A DNA stretch of 64,000 nt from Polyangiaceae bacterium (GCA_965222375.1 CBDCTZ010000005.1:384001-448000); one strand, 5' to 3'; positions 1 through 9,453 are shown, counted from the first letter of the stretch. The notes: generated from the sequence alone by a model not told the origin. A program made the numbers and translations.

Positions 1-25
1 GATACAGTCCCCGGCGGAGGTGTTC

Positions 26-388
26 ATGCGCGCCACGTCTCGTTCCGAAGTATTCGCAATCGCGATCCTGGTATTGGCCGTTTCCCTGGCCTGCAAGAAA
101 CTCAGCGGGGGCTCGAAGGAAGAGTCCTCCTCCACGACTGCAGCGGCGAGCGGTGATTCTACCGGCATTCCCGAGTGCGATGACTACCTCGCGAAGTACG
201 AAAAGTGCGTCGACGAGAAGGTCCCCGCGGTCGCCAAACCCGGCATCAAGCAGTCCATCGACAAGATGCGACAAACCTACAAGACTTCGGCACAGAACCC
301 AGCGGCGAAAGCAGGATTGAGCCAAGGCTGCACTCAAGCTCTGGAGACCACCAAGCAAGCCATGGCCAGCTACGGCTGCACCTGGTAG
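26..388 (+). CDS. Small secreted lipoprotein with 4 further Cys (helical, probably disulfide-bonded)
   Basis: GGAGG SD at 16-20 before ATG 26; signal peptide with lipobox SLAC; GIPECDDY..YEKC...GC...GCTW pattern. Confidence 0.7.
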   Translation: MRATSRSEVFAIAILVLAVSLACKKLSGGSKEESSSTTAAASGDSTGIPECDDYLAKYEKCVDEKVPAVAKPGIKQSIDKMRQTYKTSAQNPAAKAGLSQGCTQALETTKQAMASYGCTW

Positions 389-422
389 CTGTGCGCTTGA
401 GCAATCCGCGCCGACGCTTGGC

Positions 423-755
423 TCAGGGGACCCGAAACACGATGCTCGGGCTATCGTCAATGCCGAGGGAATACCAGTGCGAGATTTCGTCCCCACTCTG
501 TGCGGGCAGCGCGATCACGAAATCTCCCTTCTCACCAGTCACCTGAAAGCGCCCCTCTCCGGTTCGCGTATTCAGCGCAAACGCGGTGGCGTTCGCTTGC
601 ACGGACCCGGTCAGGGTGACCTGCCCCTCGGAGTCGGGCCCCTCGATCACCGGCTTGGACGGCGGCGGCAGCGGCAGGGTAGGCGACAAGCACGCGCTGA
701 CGCACAGGGCGGAAAGCCCGGCCACCACCATCCTTCGCGCGCGCAGGAATGCCAT
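423..755 (-). CDS. Small lipoprotein, predicted beta-sandwich
   Basis: Basic N-terminus, hydrophobic stretch, VSAC lipobox, CLSPTLPLPPP then beta-rich region; start moved to ATG 755. Confidence 0.65.
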   Translation of the reverse strand: MAFLRARRMVVAGLSALCVSACLSPTLPLPPPSKPVIEGPDSEGQVTLTGSVQANATAFALNTRTGEGRFQVTGEKGDFVIALPAQSGDEISHWYSLGIDDSPSIVFRVP

Positions 756-858
756 CGATGCCAAAAGCTAGCACGCTCCGTTCCCCCGGAAATCTCGGAG
801 TTTCTATAGGACCAGGAGCTGCGACTGTCAACTCAGTTGGCTATTCGTCGCAACCACA

Positions 859-3573
859 GTGGCGCTGGCGCCCTGGTGTCCTTCTGCCCGGGAAGATGGT
901 AACCGCGGGCTCGCGTTGAACGGGACGATGCAACACGCAGTCGACAAGACGGCCGTGGAGCGCGCGCGTCAGCGCGTGATGCCCAAGGCCCATCTTCTGC
1001 GGCTGCTTCACGTGCTGAGGCCGCTGCCGCTGCTATTCGTCGCGGCATGGCTTCTGGCTCGCCCCGTGGACGGCGTGCGGGGGCTCTCCCATGAAGCCGA
1101 TACCGCGCGAGCCCTCGTGCTGGCACTATCCGCGCGAGGTCTGGTAGTCGACCCGTCTGAGGTGTTCTGGGTCGACGGAACCCAGTCCACCTTGGGTAGT
1201 CGGTTGAAAGTAGCGCGCGCCGTCGTGCGCGCACACCGCAGCTCCGAACCAGCAGACATCTACATCGCGACTGCACGCATGTCGCCGGAAGGACGCGTCC
1301 TGGAACTCTCCGGGTTGTACAACATCAGCGACACCTCCGCGGTCGATGAACGCAACCTGATGGTCCAGGGACGGCAAGCCGCCTGGGTGATTTCCGGCGC
1401 AGGCCGCACCTACAGCGTGCACCTTCTCGACCTCGAAGGAGAAGTCGAGACGACCGCCGCGGGCTGGTCCCGTACCCAGCGGGCGCAGCATGCCATTACC
1501 AACCTGCAGAAGACGGGGCAGACCGAGGGCATCGGGCGTCGCTCGTTCAAGTTGGATCCCGCCGCGGAGAACGTCCAGCTCGCCTTCAGCACGCAGGCGC
1601 TGCTGATCGATGCCGACGGGCGCAAGATCCGCATCAGTGCCGATGCGATCGATGGCGCGCGCTATGTCAACGAGCAGGAGTACTTCGCAGCGCGTCCCGG
1701 AAACCTGATCACCTGGGCGGTGGATCGCGTGCGGGCATTGCCCTGGTTCGGAACTGACAAGATGCAGGCCGTGAAGGCCGTTGCTTTCGCTGGTTTGGAT
1801 TGGGTGCAGCGAGTCGTTGGAACGGTCACCGGTGACGACGGCTCAGCACGGGTTGCCGCCGAGCTCGGCGACCTGGTCAACGCTCCCCTGTCCGAATACA
1901 CGGACCCAGAAACGGGTTTCCCGCCCCCACCCATGAAACCCATGCTCTCGCCAGCTCTAAAGGGAGAGGGCAAGTGGCGCGCTCTCGACAAGGATCCTTT
2001 CATCCTGACGAATCCAGATGCTCCGCCGCCCATGCTCTCGTCCTTCATCCGCACGGATCGCAAGCGCGCTTACAGCCAGATCTTCGTCACCCTGTGGGAT
2101 CCGCGCCAAGTGGCGCTTCACAGCGTCAGCGGCACGGTGGAACCCAAGAGCGCGACCGGCGAAACCGGCACTGGGCTCGTGCCCCGAAAGCCCGAAGTCA
2201 TCTCGCGCTTGCTTGCGGGTTTCAACGGCGGTTTCCAGGCCACCCACGGCGAGTTTGGGATGATGGCGGAAGGTGTCGTCTACCTCCCGCCCAAACCCTA
2301 CGCCGCAACCGTCGCTGAAATCTCGGACGGCAGCACAGGGTTTGGAACCTGGCCTCACGATGACAAGGTCCCAGACACCATCATCTCGATGCGGCAGAAC
2401 ATGACGCCCCTGGTGATGGATGGCCAAATCAATCCTTACCGGCGCAATTGGTGGGGTGGCGTCCCTCCGGGCTGGACGGATGAAGCGCGCACCGTGCGAA
2501 GCGGGATCTGCATGACCGAGGAGAGCTTCGTTGCCTACTTCTACGGCTCGAGCATCGATGCAGACCATTTGGCCCTTGCGATGCAGGCGGCACGCTGCAA
2601 ATACGGAGTTCACCTCGACATGAACCCGGGACACACCGGACTCGAGTTCTACCGAACCGCAAAGAAGGGGCAGCTGCCCGACGTCGGCCACAGACTCGAT
2701 CCGCAGTGGGAAACCAAAGGCGCGATCAGCGACATGCCCGGATGGGAATTCCAGGGACGTCGCATGCTTCGCTACATGGGCTTGATGAACTTCCCCCGCT
2801 ACATCAACCGTGAAGCGCGCGACTTCTTCTACCTGACGTTGCGACACGTGCTGCCGGCAGCGAACCTGTCGGTGGAGGCCGGCGCCAAGGGCGAAGGCGA
2901 GTGGTCCGTGAAGGGTCTGCCACAGCACGGTTGGCCGTACTCCATGGCCACGTCGAGCGTCCGACCCGACGCAAAGCGACCCGAAACCAAAGTGCGGTTG
3001 CTCAGCCTGGACCCCCGCACGCTGGAGATCGCGGGCAAGGGAAAGCTGGTGCTCACCCTTGGGCCCATTGCCGCCGACGCAGAGCCAGGGTTGTACCTGG
3101 ACGCGGGGCGTTTCAGCATCGGCAAGGGCGCCAAAGCAGGCGCCGTACGGCTGGCCAAAGGCTCGCCACAACCCCGAGGCGACTCCGTGGCGGCGCTGGG
3201 AATCGCCAACAGTGGTTTTCTCTACTACGCGGTCGTGGCGACGGCCCGCGCCTCGGCCGGAGATGGAAATATGCTGGGAAAGCTTCTGGACCAGCTGGGA
3301 GCGACGCAGCGACTTTTTCTCGACGCGCCCTTGGAAGCCGCCATCGGCGGCGAGCGAGACCTGGCTGGGCACCCGGTCGCGGCCCGGGCGGACACCACTC
3401 GGCTGACGCGGAGGGACGCACCAGGAGGCCGGCGCATCTTCAGGGACACGCCCATCGTCGCCCCGGACGTCTGGTACCCGCTGCAAGCCAAACGCGTCCG
3501 CTACTTCCGCAAACCGAAGCCCGCCGAGACCGACGAGGCCAGCAGGGACGAGGGCGACACCGGCGGCGAGTGA
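859..3573 (+). CDS. Large membrane-anchored protein with central phosphodiester-glycosidase (NAGPA)-like domain
   Basis: 904-aa ORF; N-terminal hydrophobic helix; motifs AGFNGGF, RQN..PLV, RSG, LA..M.AA....VHLDMN resemble the NAGPA family; true start probably 928-979. Confidence 0.55.
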   Translation: MALAPWCPSAREDGNRGLALNGTMQHAVDKTAVERARQRVMPKAHLLRLLHVLRPLPLLFVAAWLLARPVDGVRGLSHEADTARALVLALSARGLVVDPSEVFWVDGTQSTLGSRLKVARAVVRAHRSSEPADIYIATARMSPEGRVLELSGLYNISDTSAVDERNLMVQGRQAAWVISGAGRTYSVHLLDLEGEVETTAAGWSRTQRAQHAITNLQKTGQTEGIGRRSFKLDPAAENVQLAFSTQALLIDADGRKIRISADAIDGARYVNEQEYFAARPGNLITWAVDRVRALPWFGTDKMQAVKAVAFAGLDWVQRVVGTVTGDDGSARVAAELGDLVNAPLSEYTDPETGFPPPPMKPMLSPALKGEGKWRALDKDPFILTNPDAPPPMLSSFIRTDRKRAYSQIFVTLWDPRQVALHSVSGTVEPKSATGETGTGLVPRKPEVISRLLAGFNGGFQATHGEFGMMAEGVVYLPPKPYAATVAEISDGSTGFGTWPHDDKVPDTIISMRQNMTPLVMDGQINPYRRNWWGGVPPGWTDEARTVRSGICMTEESFVAYFYGSSIDADHLALAMQAARCKYGVHLDMNPGHTGLEFYRTAKKGQLPDVGHRLDPQWETKGAISDMPGWEFQGRRMLRYMGLMNFPRYINREARDFFYLTLRHVLPAANLSVEAGAKGEGEWSVKGLPQHGWPYSMATSSVRPDAKRPETKVRLLSLDPRTLEIAGKGKLVLTLGPIAADAEPGLYLDAGRFSIGKGAKAGAVRLAKGSPQPRGDSVAALGIANSGFLYYAVVATARASAGDGNMLGKLLDQLGATQRLFLDAPLEAAIGGERDLAGHPVAARADTTRLTRRDAPGGRRIFRDTPIVAPDVWYPLQAKRVRYFRKPKPAETDEASRDEGDTGGE

Positions 3574-3628
3574 CCAGACCGCAAATGCGCCAAACCGAAC
3601 GGCTTTTGTGCCATAGTCCAGGTGCCCA

Positions 3629-6406
3629 GTGAGCATTACCAGAAGCTATGGCCCCTTCGAGCTCCACGAGCGAATCAGTGTCGGCGGCATGGCTGAAGTG
3701 TTTCGGGCCGTGAAGCAAGACTCGGGGCAGATCGTTGCCTTGAAACGCATCCTCCCCAACGTCGCTGAAGACGACGAATTCATCGCGCTGTTCCGGGACG
3801 AGACCAAGATCGCGAGCGCGCTGTCGCACCCCAACATCGCAGGAATCGTCAGCGCGGGTGAGATTGCTGGCACGCACTACATTGCGATGGAGTTCGTGGA
3901 CGGACGCCCGCTACGCACCCTCATCGACAGATCCAGATCTCGCGGCGGGCACGTACCAGTCGAAGTCAGCGTGCTGATCGCCCAAGCCGTTGCCCGGGGC
4001 CTCGCCTACGCTCACGACCGCAGTGACGCGTCCGGGCGACCTCTCGGGATCGTCCATCGGGACGTCAGCCCCCAGAACATCCTCATCTCCTATCCAGGCG
4101 AGGTGAAACTCATCGACTTCGGTATCGCCAAGGCCGCGGGGAAGATCACCCGGACCCAGGCGGGCAATATCAAGGGCAAAGTTGGCTACATGTCCCCGGA
4201 GCAGGTCCAGGGGGTCGGTGTTGACCGGACCGCTGACGTCTTCGCCTTGGGGATCTGCCTCTGGGAGTCCCTGACCGGCCGGCGGCTGTTCGACGGTCGG
4301 AACGAACTGGCGATCATGGAGGCGATTCGGGAGTGCCGCGTGGCCCCTCCCTCCCAGTTCGCTCCGCGGATCCCCCAAGAACTCGATCAGGCCGTTTTGA
4401 AGGCGCTCGCCAAAGACCAAAAGCAGAGGTACGCTACGGCTCGAGATTTTGAAGTGGACTTGGAATCCGTTCTCCGGCGCCTGCCCGGGGGCGGCGACGC
4501 TCGACGCATAACGAGCTTCATGCGCGAGCTTTTTCCCGAGGATACGGCGCGGCCGATTGGCGCCGGCCAGGAGAGCAGCTGGATGAGCAAAGACGGTGGT
4601 GGATCGGATCTGGATGTCTTCGACGGCTTGGCAAAAAAGTCGTCGAAGGCCCCGGGGCCCCCTTCGGGCCGAGGCGGCGCGCCTTCGTCTCCCGTCAAGA
4701 AGACACTATTGGGCTTGTCCGCACCGCCACCGTCGAAATCAGGGCGGCCGCTGCCAGCGCCCAGCCGACCCAACTTGCCAGCGGCACCGAGCCGACCTGC
4801 TCTGCCCGCAGCGCCCAGTCGGCCTCCGCTTTCATCCGGACCGCCAAGCGCGGCACCCGGGCGTCCGTCGAAGCCCGCTATGTCACGGCCGCCCCTGCCC
4901 CCACCGGCAACGCCGCCGCCATGGTCGGCTGGCGGCGGCACTCCTTCGCGCCCGCCCGTTCCCGGCTCCCTGCCACCGAAGCCGCCACCAGCCACGGCGG
5001 CACCTGTCGGCATGGACTGGGATGACGAAGACGAGAAGACAGCGGTATTCGACAAAGCCGAAGACAACGCCGGTGCGCTACTGCGCAGTGGTCCTTCGAT
5101 GCCTACGCCACCACCGCCATCCGGCAAACTCGGCGCAGGCGCTGCGGCCTTGCTAGGCAAGTCCGGCGGCGCCGCGCCACCTAGCATGCCGGTTCCGCCT
5201 GTGAGCGGAATGCCGCCGATGCCACCGCCGGTGTCCATGCCACCGGTTACCCAAGCACCCGTGCCGGCAGTCCCCCAGCCTCAGCCTCAGGCCAGCGGAG
5301 GTGCCGGAAAAACTGCTCTCGTCGCTCTGGCAGCGCTGCTCGCTGTGGGCCTGGTCGCGACCCTGGTCGTTCTGATGCTCCCCAAGAGCGGAACGCTGGT
5401 CGTCACCGTGGCCGGTCCAGGAAACAAGGCCGTGGATGCCGTGCAGGTGTTCGTGGATGGCAGTCAACGCTGTGACTCGTCTCCCTGTCGCGTTGCCGAG
5501 TTGGCGAGTGGAACCCACATGGTCAAGGTGACTGCGGCGGGTTATCAGCCAACTGCGGACCAAGCCGTGAAGATCGCGAGCGGCGAGGACGCCGTGCTAA
5601 ACGTGACCCTCGCTCGGGCGAGTGAGGGCACCGGGATCCGCGTGGCGGCCGCCACCACCGGCGCCGTGAAGCTCTTCGTGGACGGCAAGGAGATTGGCCC
5701 ACTCCCTCAGGAGCTGAAGGACATGACCCCCGGCGATCACGTCATCAAGTTGGTGGGCGACCGCTACGAAGCTTGGGAGAAACGCATCAGTGTCGAGGAC
5801 AACAAGCTCCAGACCCTCGAGCCAAAACTGAAGGTGGTCAAAGGGCTGGCCATTATCAAAGGCGGCTCGGGAGCCAAGCGCGCCAGGATCCTCTTGGTAA
5901 GCGGCAGCGAGCGAAGGCCGATCCCTTCCCTTCCAATCCGCATTGACATCACGACGGACAAGCCTTGGAGCATCATCGCGACCCGGGCCGGATACGAAGA
6001 CTTCAAGAAAGATATCGTCTTCGAGGACGGCAAGGCCGAGGAGACCTTCACGGTTGCGCTGTACGAAAAAGGCAAGGCGCCCAAAGACCCACCGAAAGCT
6101 GCGGGTGGCCCCCTTCCGGGACCTAAGCCCGGCCCTGGCCCGGTCACAGGCCCCAAGCCCGGTGTCAAACCAGGGCCCAAGCCCATCGCAACGCCAGCTG
6201 GGAACGGAACGCTCAACATCAACTCCATTCCGGTCTCCAACGTCATTCTCGACGGGCGCCCCTTGGGCACCACGCCGAAGGTGGGGCTCAAGGTGAAAGC
6301 TGGGCCCCATACAGTCGTCTTCGTGCATGCAGAGCACGGCCGCAAAGTGCGCTCCGTCAACGTGAAGGCGGGTGGCTCAGCCACCGCAGCGGTTAGGTTC
6401 CCTTAA
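3629..6406 (+). CDS. Membrane Ser/Thr protein kinase with Pro-rich linker, TM helix and PEGA repeats
   Basis: GGMAEV, VALK, HRDVSPQN, DFG, YMSPE; long Pro-rich region; TM LVALAALLAVGLVATLVVLML; PEGA-like repeats (VFVDG, LFVDG, VILDG..LGTTP). Confidence 0.9.
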   Translation: MSITRSYGPFELHERISVGGMAEVFRAVKQDSGQIVALKRILPNVAEDDEFIALFRDETKIASALSHPNIAGIVSAGEIAGTHYIAMEFVDGRPLRTLIDRSRSRGGHVPVEVSVLIAQAVARGLAYAHDRSDASGRPLGIVHRDVSPQNILISYPGEVKLIDFGIAKAAGKITRTQAGNIKGKVGYMSPEQVQGVGVDRTADVFALGICLWESLTGRRLFDGRNELAIMEAIRECRVAPPSQFAPRIPQELDQAVLKALAKDQKQRYATARDFEVDLESVLRRLPGGGDARRITSFMRELFPEDTARPIGAGQESSWMSKDGGGSDLDVFDGLAKKSSKAPGPPSGRGGAPSSPVKKTLLGLSAPPPSKSGRPLPAPSRPNLPAAPSRPALPAAPSRPPLSSGPPSAAPGRPSKPAMSRPPLPPPATPPPWSAGGGTPSRPPVPGSLPPKPPPATAAPVGMDWDDEDEKTAVFDKAEDNAGALLRSGPSMPTPPPPSGKLGAGAAALLGKSGGAAPPSMPVPPVSGMPPMPPPVSMPPVTQAPVPAVPQPQPQASGGAGKTALVALAALLAVGLVATLVVLMLPKSGTLVVTVAGPGNKAVDAVQVFVDGSQRCDSSPCRVAELASGTHMVKVTAAGYQPTADQAVKIASGEDAVLNVTLARASEGTGIRVAAATTGAVKLFVDGKEIGPLPQELKDMTPGDHVIKLVGDRYEAWEKRISVEDNKLQTLEPKLKVVKGLAIIKGGSGAKRARILLVSGSERRPIPSLPIRIDITTDKPWSIIATRAGYEDFKKDIVFEDGKAEETFTVALYEKGKAPKDPPKAAGGPLPGPKPGPGPVTGPKPGVKPGPKPIATPAGNGTLNINSIPVSNVILDGRPLGTTPKVGLKVKAGPHTVVFVHAEHGRKVRSVNVKAGGSATAAVRFP

Positions 6407-6464
6407 CGCTGCGGAGCTCCCGGCCGTCTGCTTGGCATTCCTGCGCTTCCGGTCCTCTATGCGG

Positions 6465-7385
6465 TCACCGTTGGGCGGCGGCCCAGGCGCGCCAGGTTGA
6501 CTCGCAGCCCTCTCGGTGCGCGGAGCCAGCACACTTCCCGGGCTCTGTGGCTGGGCCGATCACCAGCAGCGTGTCCTTGGTCACAAATGGCAAATCCGCT
6601 CCCCAGACGCGGTTGAGGGCATCCGTGCGCCGGGTCAGACGCTCCTGCTCCTTCTCCCCCACCGCCGCCCGCAAATGTCCCAGGGCGATGCGCCGCACTT
6701 CTTCGTCGTCGGTGATCGCCAGGAATCTTCGCAGGAACCCGATCTGAGCCTCGCGTTGGCCGGCCCGCGAGAACAGATCCGCGGCGACCACGCAGTGGAA
6801 GGGCATGCTGCGATTGTCCCCGATCAGCTCACACGCACGGGCCAGGGTGCGTGCACCCACTACGCGGTATTCGTCCTTCAGCTTCTTGGTCGGCGCTCGC
6901 GCGGGGGCCAGGTAGGCGAAAAACAAGCCGGCATTGGTGTGGAGCTCCCCATCTGTTGGCCGCTCGCGCATGCCACGCTCCAAGATCTGCCGCGCTTTGA
7001 CGAAGTCCTTCCAGCGGGGCTGCTTGGGTTGAAGCGTCAGTAGCGTATCAGCAAAGCGGTAGGGAGCAGCGAACTTCGGATCCAGGTGGTTGATCGTGTC
7101 CAGGTAGTTGCCGACGAATTCGAAACGTCGCTTCTCTTGGAAATGAACGCCGTAGGAAACTAGAACGTTCGCGTACAGCAAGTCCGCCAATGCAGAGCGG
7201 TAGCCCAGGCTCATCACGATAGTCTGTTCCGGGGACGGCAGCGCATACACATCCCCAGCCTTGGCAACCGCGCGATAGCGCTCGCTGAGCAGGGGCCGAA
7301 GCGTCGCCACCCCTAGGGTGGCTGCGCCCATCAGCAAGACCGCGACGAATATCGTTGGAATGGTCGTCCCGCTACTCGACTTCAC
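6465..7385 (-). CDS. Pilin-cluster accessory protein resembling Myxococcus PilG / Geobacter XapA (TM plus helical repeats)
   Basis: N-terminal TM; SLGYRSALAD, LDPKF..PY and ILERG motifs; overlaps the last pilin gene. Confidence 0.55.
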   Translation of the reverse strand: MKSSSGTTIPTIFVAVLLMGAATLGVATLRPLLSERYRAVAKAGDVYALPSPEQTIVMSLGYRSALADLLYANVLVSYGVHFQEKRRFEFVGNYLDTINHLDPKFAAPYRFADTLLTLQPKQPRWKDFVKARQILERGMRERPTDGELHTNAGLFFAYLAPARAPTKKLKDEYRVVGARTLARACELIGDNRSMPFHCVVAADLFSRAGQREAQIGFLRRFLAITDDEEVRRIALGHLRAAVGEKEQERLTRRTDALNRVWGADLPFVTKDTLLVIGPATEPGKCAGSAHREGCESTWRAWAAAQR

Positions 7386-7857
7386 GGTCGATCTCCAAGG
7401 GGTGAACGCCCGGCTCCTTGCCCGCGACGCTTTGGCCGGATATTTGGAACAACGACAGCAGGCCGTCTCCGTCGAGGTCGCCGTTCGCTCGGGCGGTGAA
7501 CTCAGCTTGCTCGGGTCCGTTCTCGCTCTCGAAGGCGAAGCTATAGGAATGCGGCACGGTGAAGGAAAACTCCAACTCCTGCCACGTGGGATGGCCCCAG
7601 GTGCCCTTGGGGTCGGTGACCCGCTCTCCCTTGGGCACGGTTTCGGGAGTCAGGGGGGCGCTGGCGGGATAGGCCGCCGCCGGAGGCCGGCCTGCCGCAA
7701 GTGCGGTAGCGCGGGTCGCGATTCGATTGAGTCCGTCGATGGGCTCCACCAAACGCGACGCGTGGAGGTTGCGGACGAAAGACGGCAGCGCCGTGGCCAA
7801 CACCGACCCAACGACGGCCACGACCGCAGCGGCTTCAACGGGGCTGAGCGACCGCAT
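7372..7857 (-). CDS. Pilin-like protein with degenerate class III signal peptide
   Basis: MRS|LSPVEAAAVVAVVGSVLATALPSF; shares the A.GDxDGDG motif and terminal Glu with neighbouring pilins. Confidence 0.75.
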   Translation of the reverse strand: MRSLSPVEAAAVVAVVGSVLATALPSFVRNLHASRLVEPIDGLNRIATRATALAAGRPPAAAYPASAPLTPETVPKGERVTDPKGTWGHPTWQELEFSFTVPHSYSFAFESENGPEQAEFTARANGDLDGDGLLSLFQISGQSVAGKEPGVHPLEIDREVE

Positions 7858-7938
7858 CTAGTCCCCTTCTACCGCGGCGCCCCGGGGAGTGCCAATCGTC
7901 CCCCATAGCGTCCGATCCCAGGGGCAGGCGCAGGGCAC

Positions 7939-7974
7939 AAAAAGCAAACGCCCTGGACCCGAAAGCCCAGGGCG
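7939..7974 (-). terminator. Rho-independent terminator after the major pilin gene
   Basis: Minus strand CGCCCTGGGC-TTTCGG-GTCCAGGGCG followed by TTTGCTTTTT, 21 nt after the stop codon. Confidence 0.8.
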
Positions 7975-7995
7975 CAGCTCTTGGGGCAGAGCGGA

Positions 7996-8607
7996 TTACT
8001 CGGTGCCGTTCTCCTCTTCCATGTTCGGGGAGATGAAGAGCTCCACGTTACCGCCCGTATCAGTGATCGTTCCGCGAATGGCGAACCAGGAGAAGACCGC
8101 ACCATCGCCGTTCAGGTCGCCCCGCGCACTTGCAACGAACGACGTGCCCGTGTTGCCAGCGCTAGCTAGGACGGCTCCAACGCCATCATAGTTGTACTGG
8201 AAGTACTGGGCGTCCGCGACGGAGAACTTCAGACAGTTGAATCCCTCGAACGCACCGTTGGGACCCGTCGCCGGCTGACCCGTGGTCCATTCGGCCGGGT
8301 TGGACTGGTACTTGCTACCCTGAACCGCTGCCATGCCGGCAGGGACGGGAGTGCCGTCGAGGCAGAGCCGGTTGGTCACGCCAGTACTGGCGCCGGCCGC
8401 TAGAATCGTGGGGTCCATGCCTTCTCGAGCGTAGGCGCTTGCGGCGTCTTTCGACATCTGTCCGATGCCATTGCGTGCCTCAGCCGTCTTCGAGTTCGCG
8501 ATGTATTTGCGGACGCCGTAGATCGCCAGCGCCGCGAGCACGCCGACAATGGCCACGACGATCATCAATTCCACTAGCGTAAAGCCGCGTTCTTTCGATA
8601 TTTTCAT
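7996..8607 (-). CDS. pilA: Type IVa major pilin
   Basis: MKISKERG|FTLVELMIVVAIVGVLAALAI canonical prepilin site; AAGGAG SD; own terminator; two Cys; start corrected to ATG 8607. Confidence 0.85.
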   Translation of the reverse strand: MKISKERGFTLVELMIVVAIVGVLAALAIYGVRKYIANSKTAEARNGIGQMSKDAASAYAREGMDPTILAAGASTGVTNRLCLDGTPVPAGMAAVQGSKYQSNPAEWTTGQPATGPNGAFEGFNCLKFSVADAQYFQYNYDGVGAVLASAGNTGTSFVASARGDLNGDGAVFSWFAIRGTITDTGGNVELFISPNMEEENGTE

Positions 8608-8719
8608 AGTGAGTGTCTCCTTCATTGGTTCGGGTGGCTGCTCGCTTCTGTGTAGGAGCGGCGGGACCACCCGAGCCCGCTCGCACCGACGTCTCTCCGG
8701 GGCACCGCCCGGTCGAATA

Positions 8720-9277
8720 TCACTCGAACTCATCCTCCGTATGCACTGCCGAACTGATGCCCTCTCCGCGCAACATCACGAAGTAGGAAAAGGTTCCGTT
8801 TCCGTCTTGGTCCGCAGCCGCCTTGAGAGCGACCCACGGCCCCGTGGTCGGTGTGGTCGAAAAATCCGCCTTGGTGCCGAGCGCAGGAATCGGGTCAGTC
8901 GACGTGCCTGCCACCGCGACATACCCAAACTGGACCGGCTCGAGACTCGCAACGCCCAAGAGTTCCCAGTTCGCGTGATCCACGTGGCCCGGATTCGGCC
9001 ACGCCCACTTTTTGCGCCCTGGCGTGAAGTCGGTCTGCGGGTAGTACGAGTTGACTGCCGAGGATGCCGTCAGATACCGCCCGGTCTCGTCCCGAAATGC
9101 TTCCTGAGTCGCCGAGATCGAGTTCAGCATGTGTAGTGCTTCACTCGTCTTCGCCGTGTAGAGGTACTTGCGCACGCCGAACACGGCGAGGGTCACCAGC
9201 ACGCCAGCGATCACCACGACGACCATCAGCTCTACGAGCGTGAAGGCGCGGCTTCGGTTGCGAGATGCGGGAGACAT
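8720..9277 (-). CDS. Type IV pilin paralogue
   Basis: RSRA|FTLVELMVVVVIAGVLVTLAV; KY...AKTSEA; start set at ATG 9277 just downstream of the sigma54 promoter. Confidence 0.85.
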   Translation of the reverse strand: MSPASRNRSRAFTLVELMVVVVIAGVLVTLAVFGVRKYLYTAKTSEALHMLNSISATQEAFRDETGRYLTASSAVNSYYPQTDFTPGRKKWAWPNPGHVDHANWELLGVASLEPVQFGYVAVAGTSTDPIPALGTKADFSTTPTTGPWVALKAAADQDGNGTFSYFVMLRGEGISSAVHTEDEFE

Positions 9278-9290
9278 CCCAAACGGAAAA

Positions 9291-9306
9291 AGCACCATCC
9301 ATGCCA
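9291..9306 (-). promoter_or_regulatory. Sigma54 (-24/-12) promoter for the pilin genes
   Basis: Minus strand TGGCATGGATGGTGCT has GG and GC at the spacing of the TGGCAC-N5-TTGCW consensus; a sigma54 activator gene is about 1 kb upstream. Confidence 0.75.
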
Positions 9307-9413
9307 AGAGCCCAGAGCGGCGGGCCGGGCCGCGATCCGCTTTGAGGGGCGCGTCTCGCGCTTCTCATTCGGCCTTCCGGCGCAGGTCCAGCGAAGGCAG
9401 AATCCGAGCGCCG

Positions 9414-9453
9414 GTGACAATTTTTGTCACTCGAGACAAAAGCGGTGACGAAA
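9414..9453. promoter_or_regulatory. Candidate enhancer (UAS) for the PilR-like activator
   Basis: Perfect inverted repeat GTGACAA-TTT-TTGTCAC (9414-9430) plus related half-sites GAGACAAAA and GTGACGAAA, about 110-150 bp upstream of the sigma54 box. Confidence 0.6.

Noticed and set aside
1957..3636. Long antisense or alternate-frame ORFs (also 10185-11207, 30372-31475, 31655-32788, 35818-37128, 61516-62649)
   Set aside because: Shadow ORFs of high-GC genes; no recognisable motifs and they overlap well-supported CDSs
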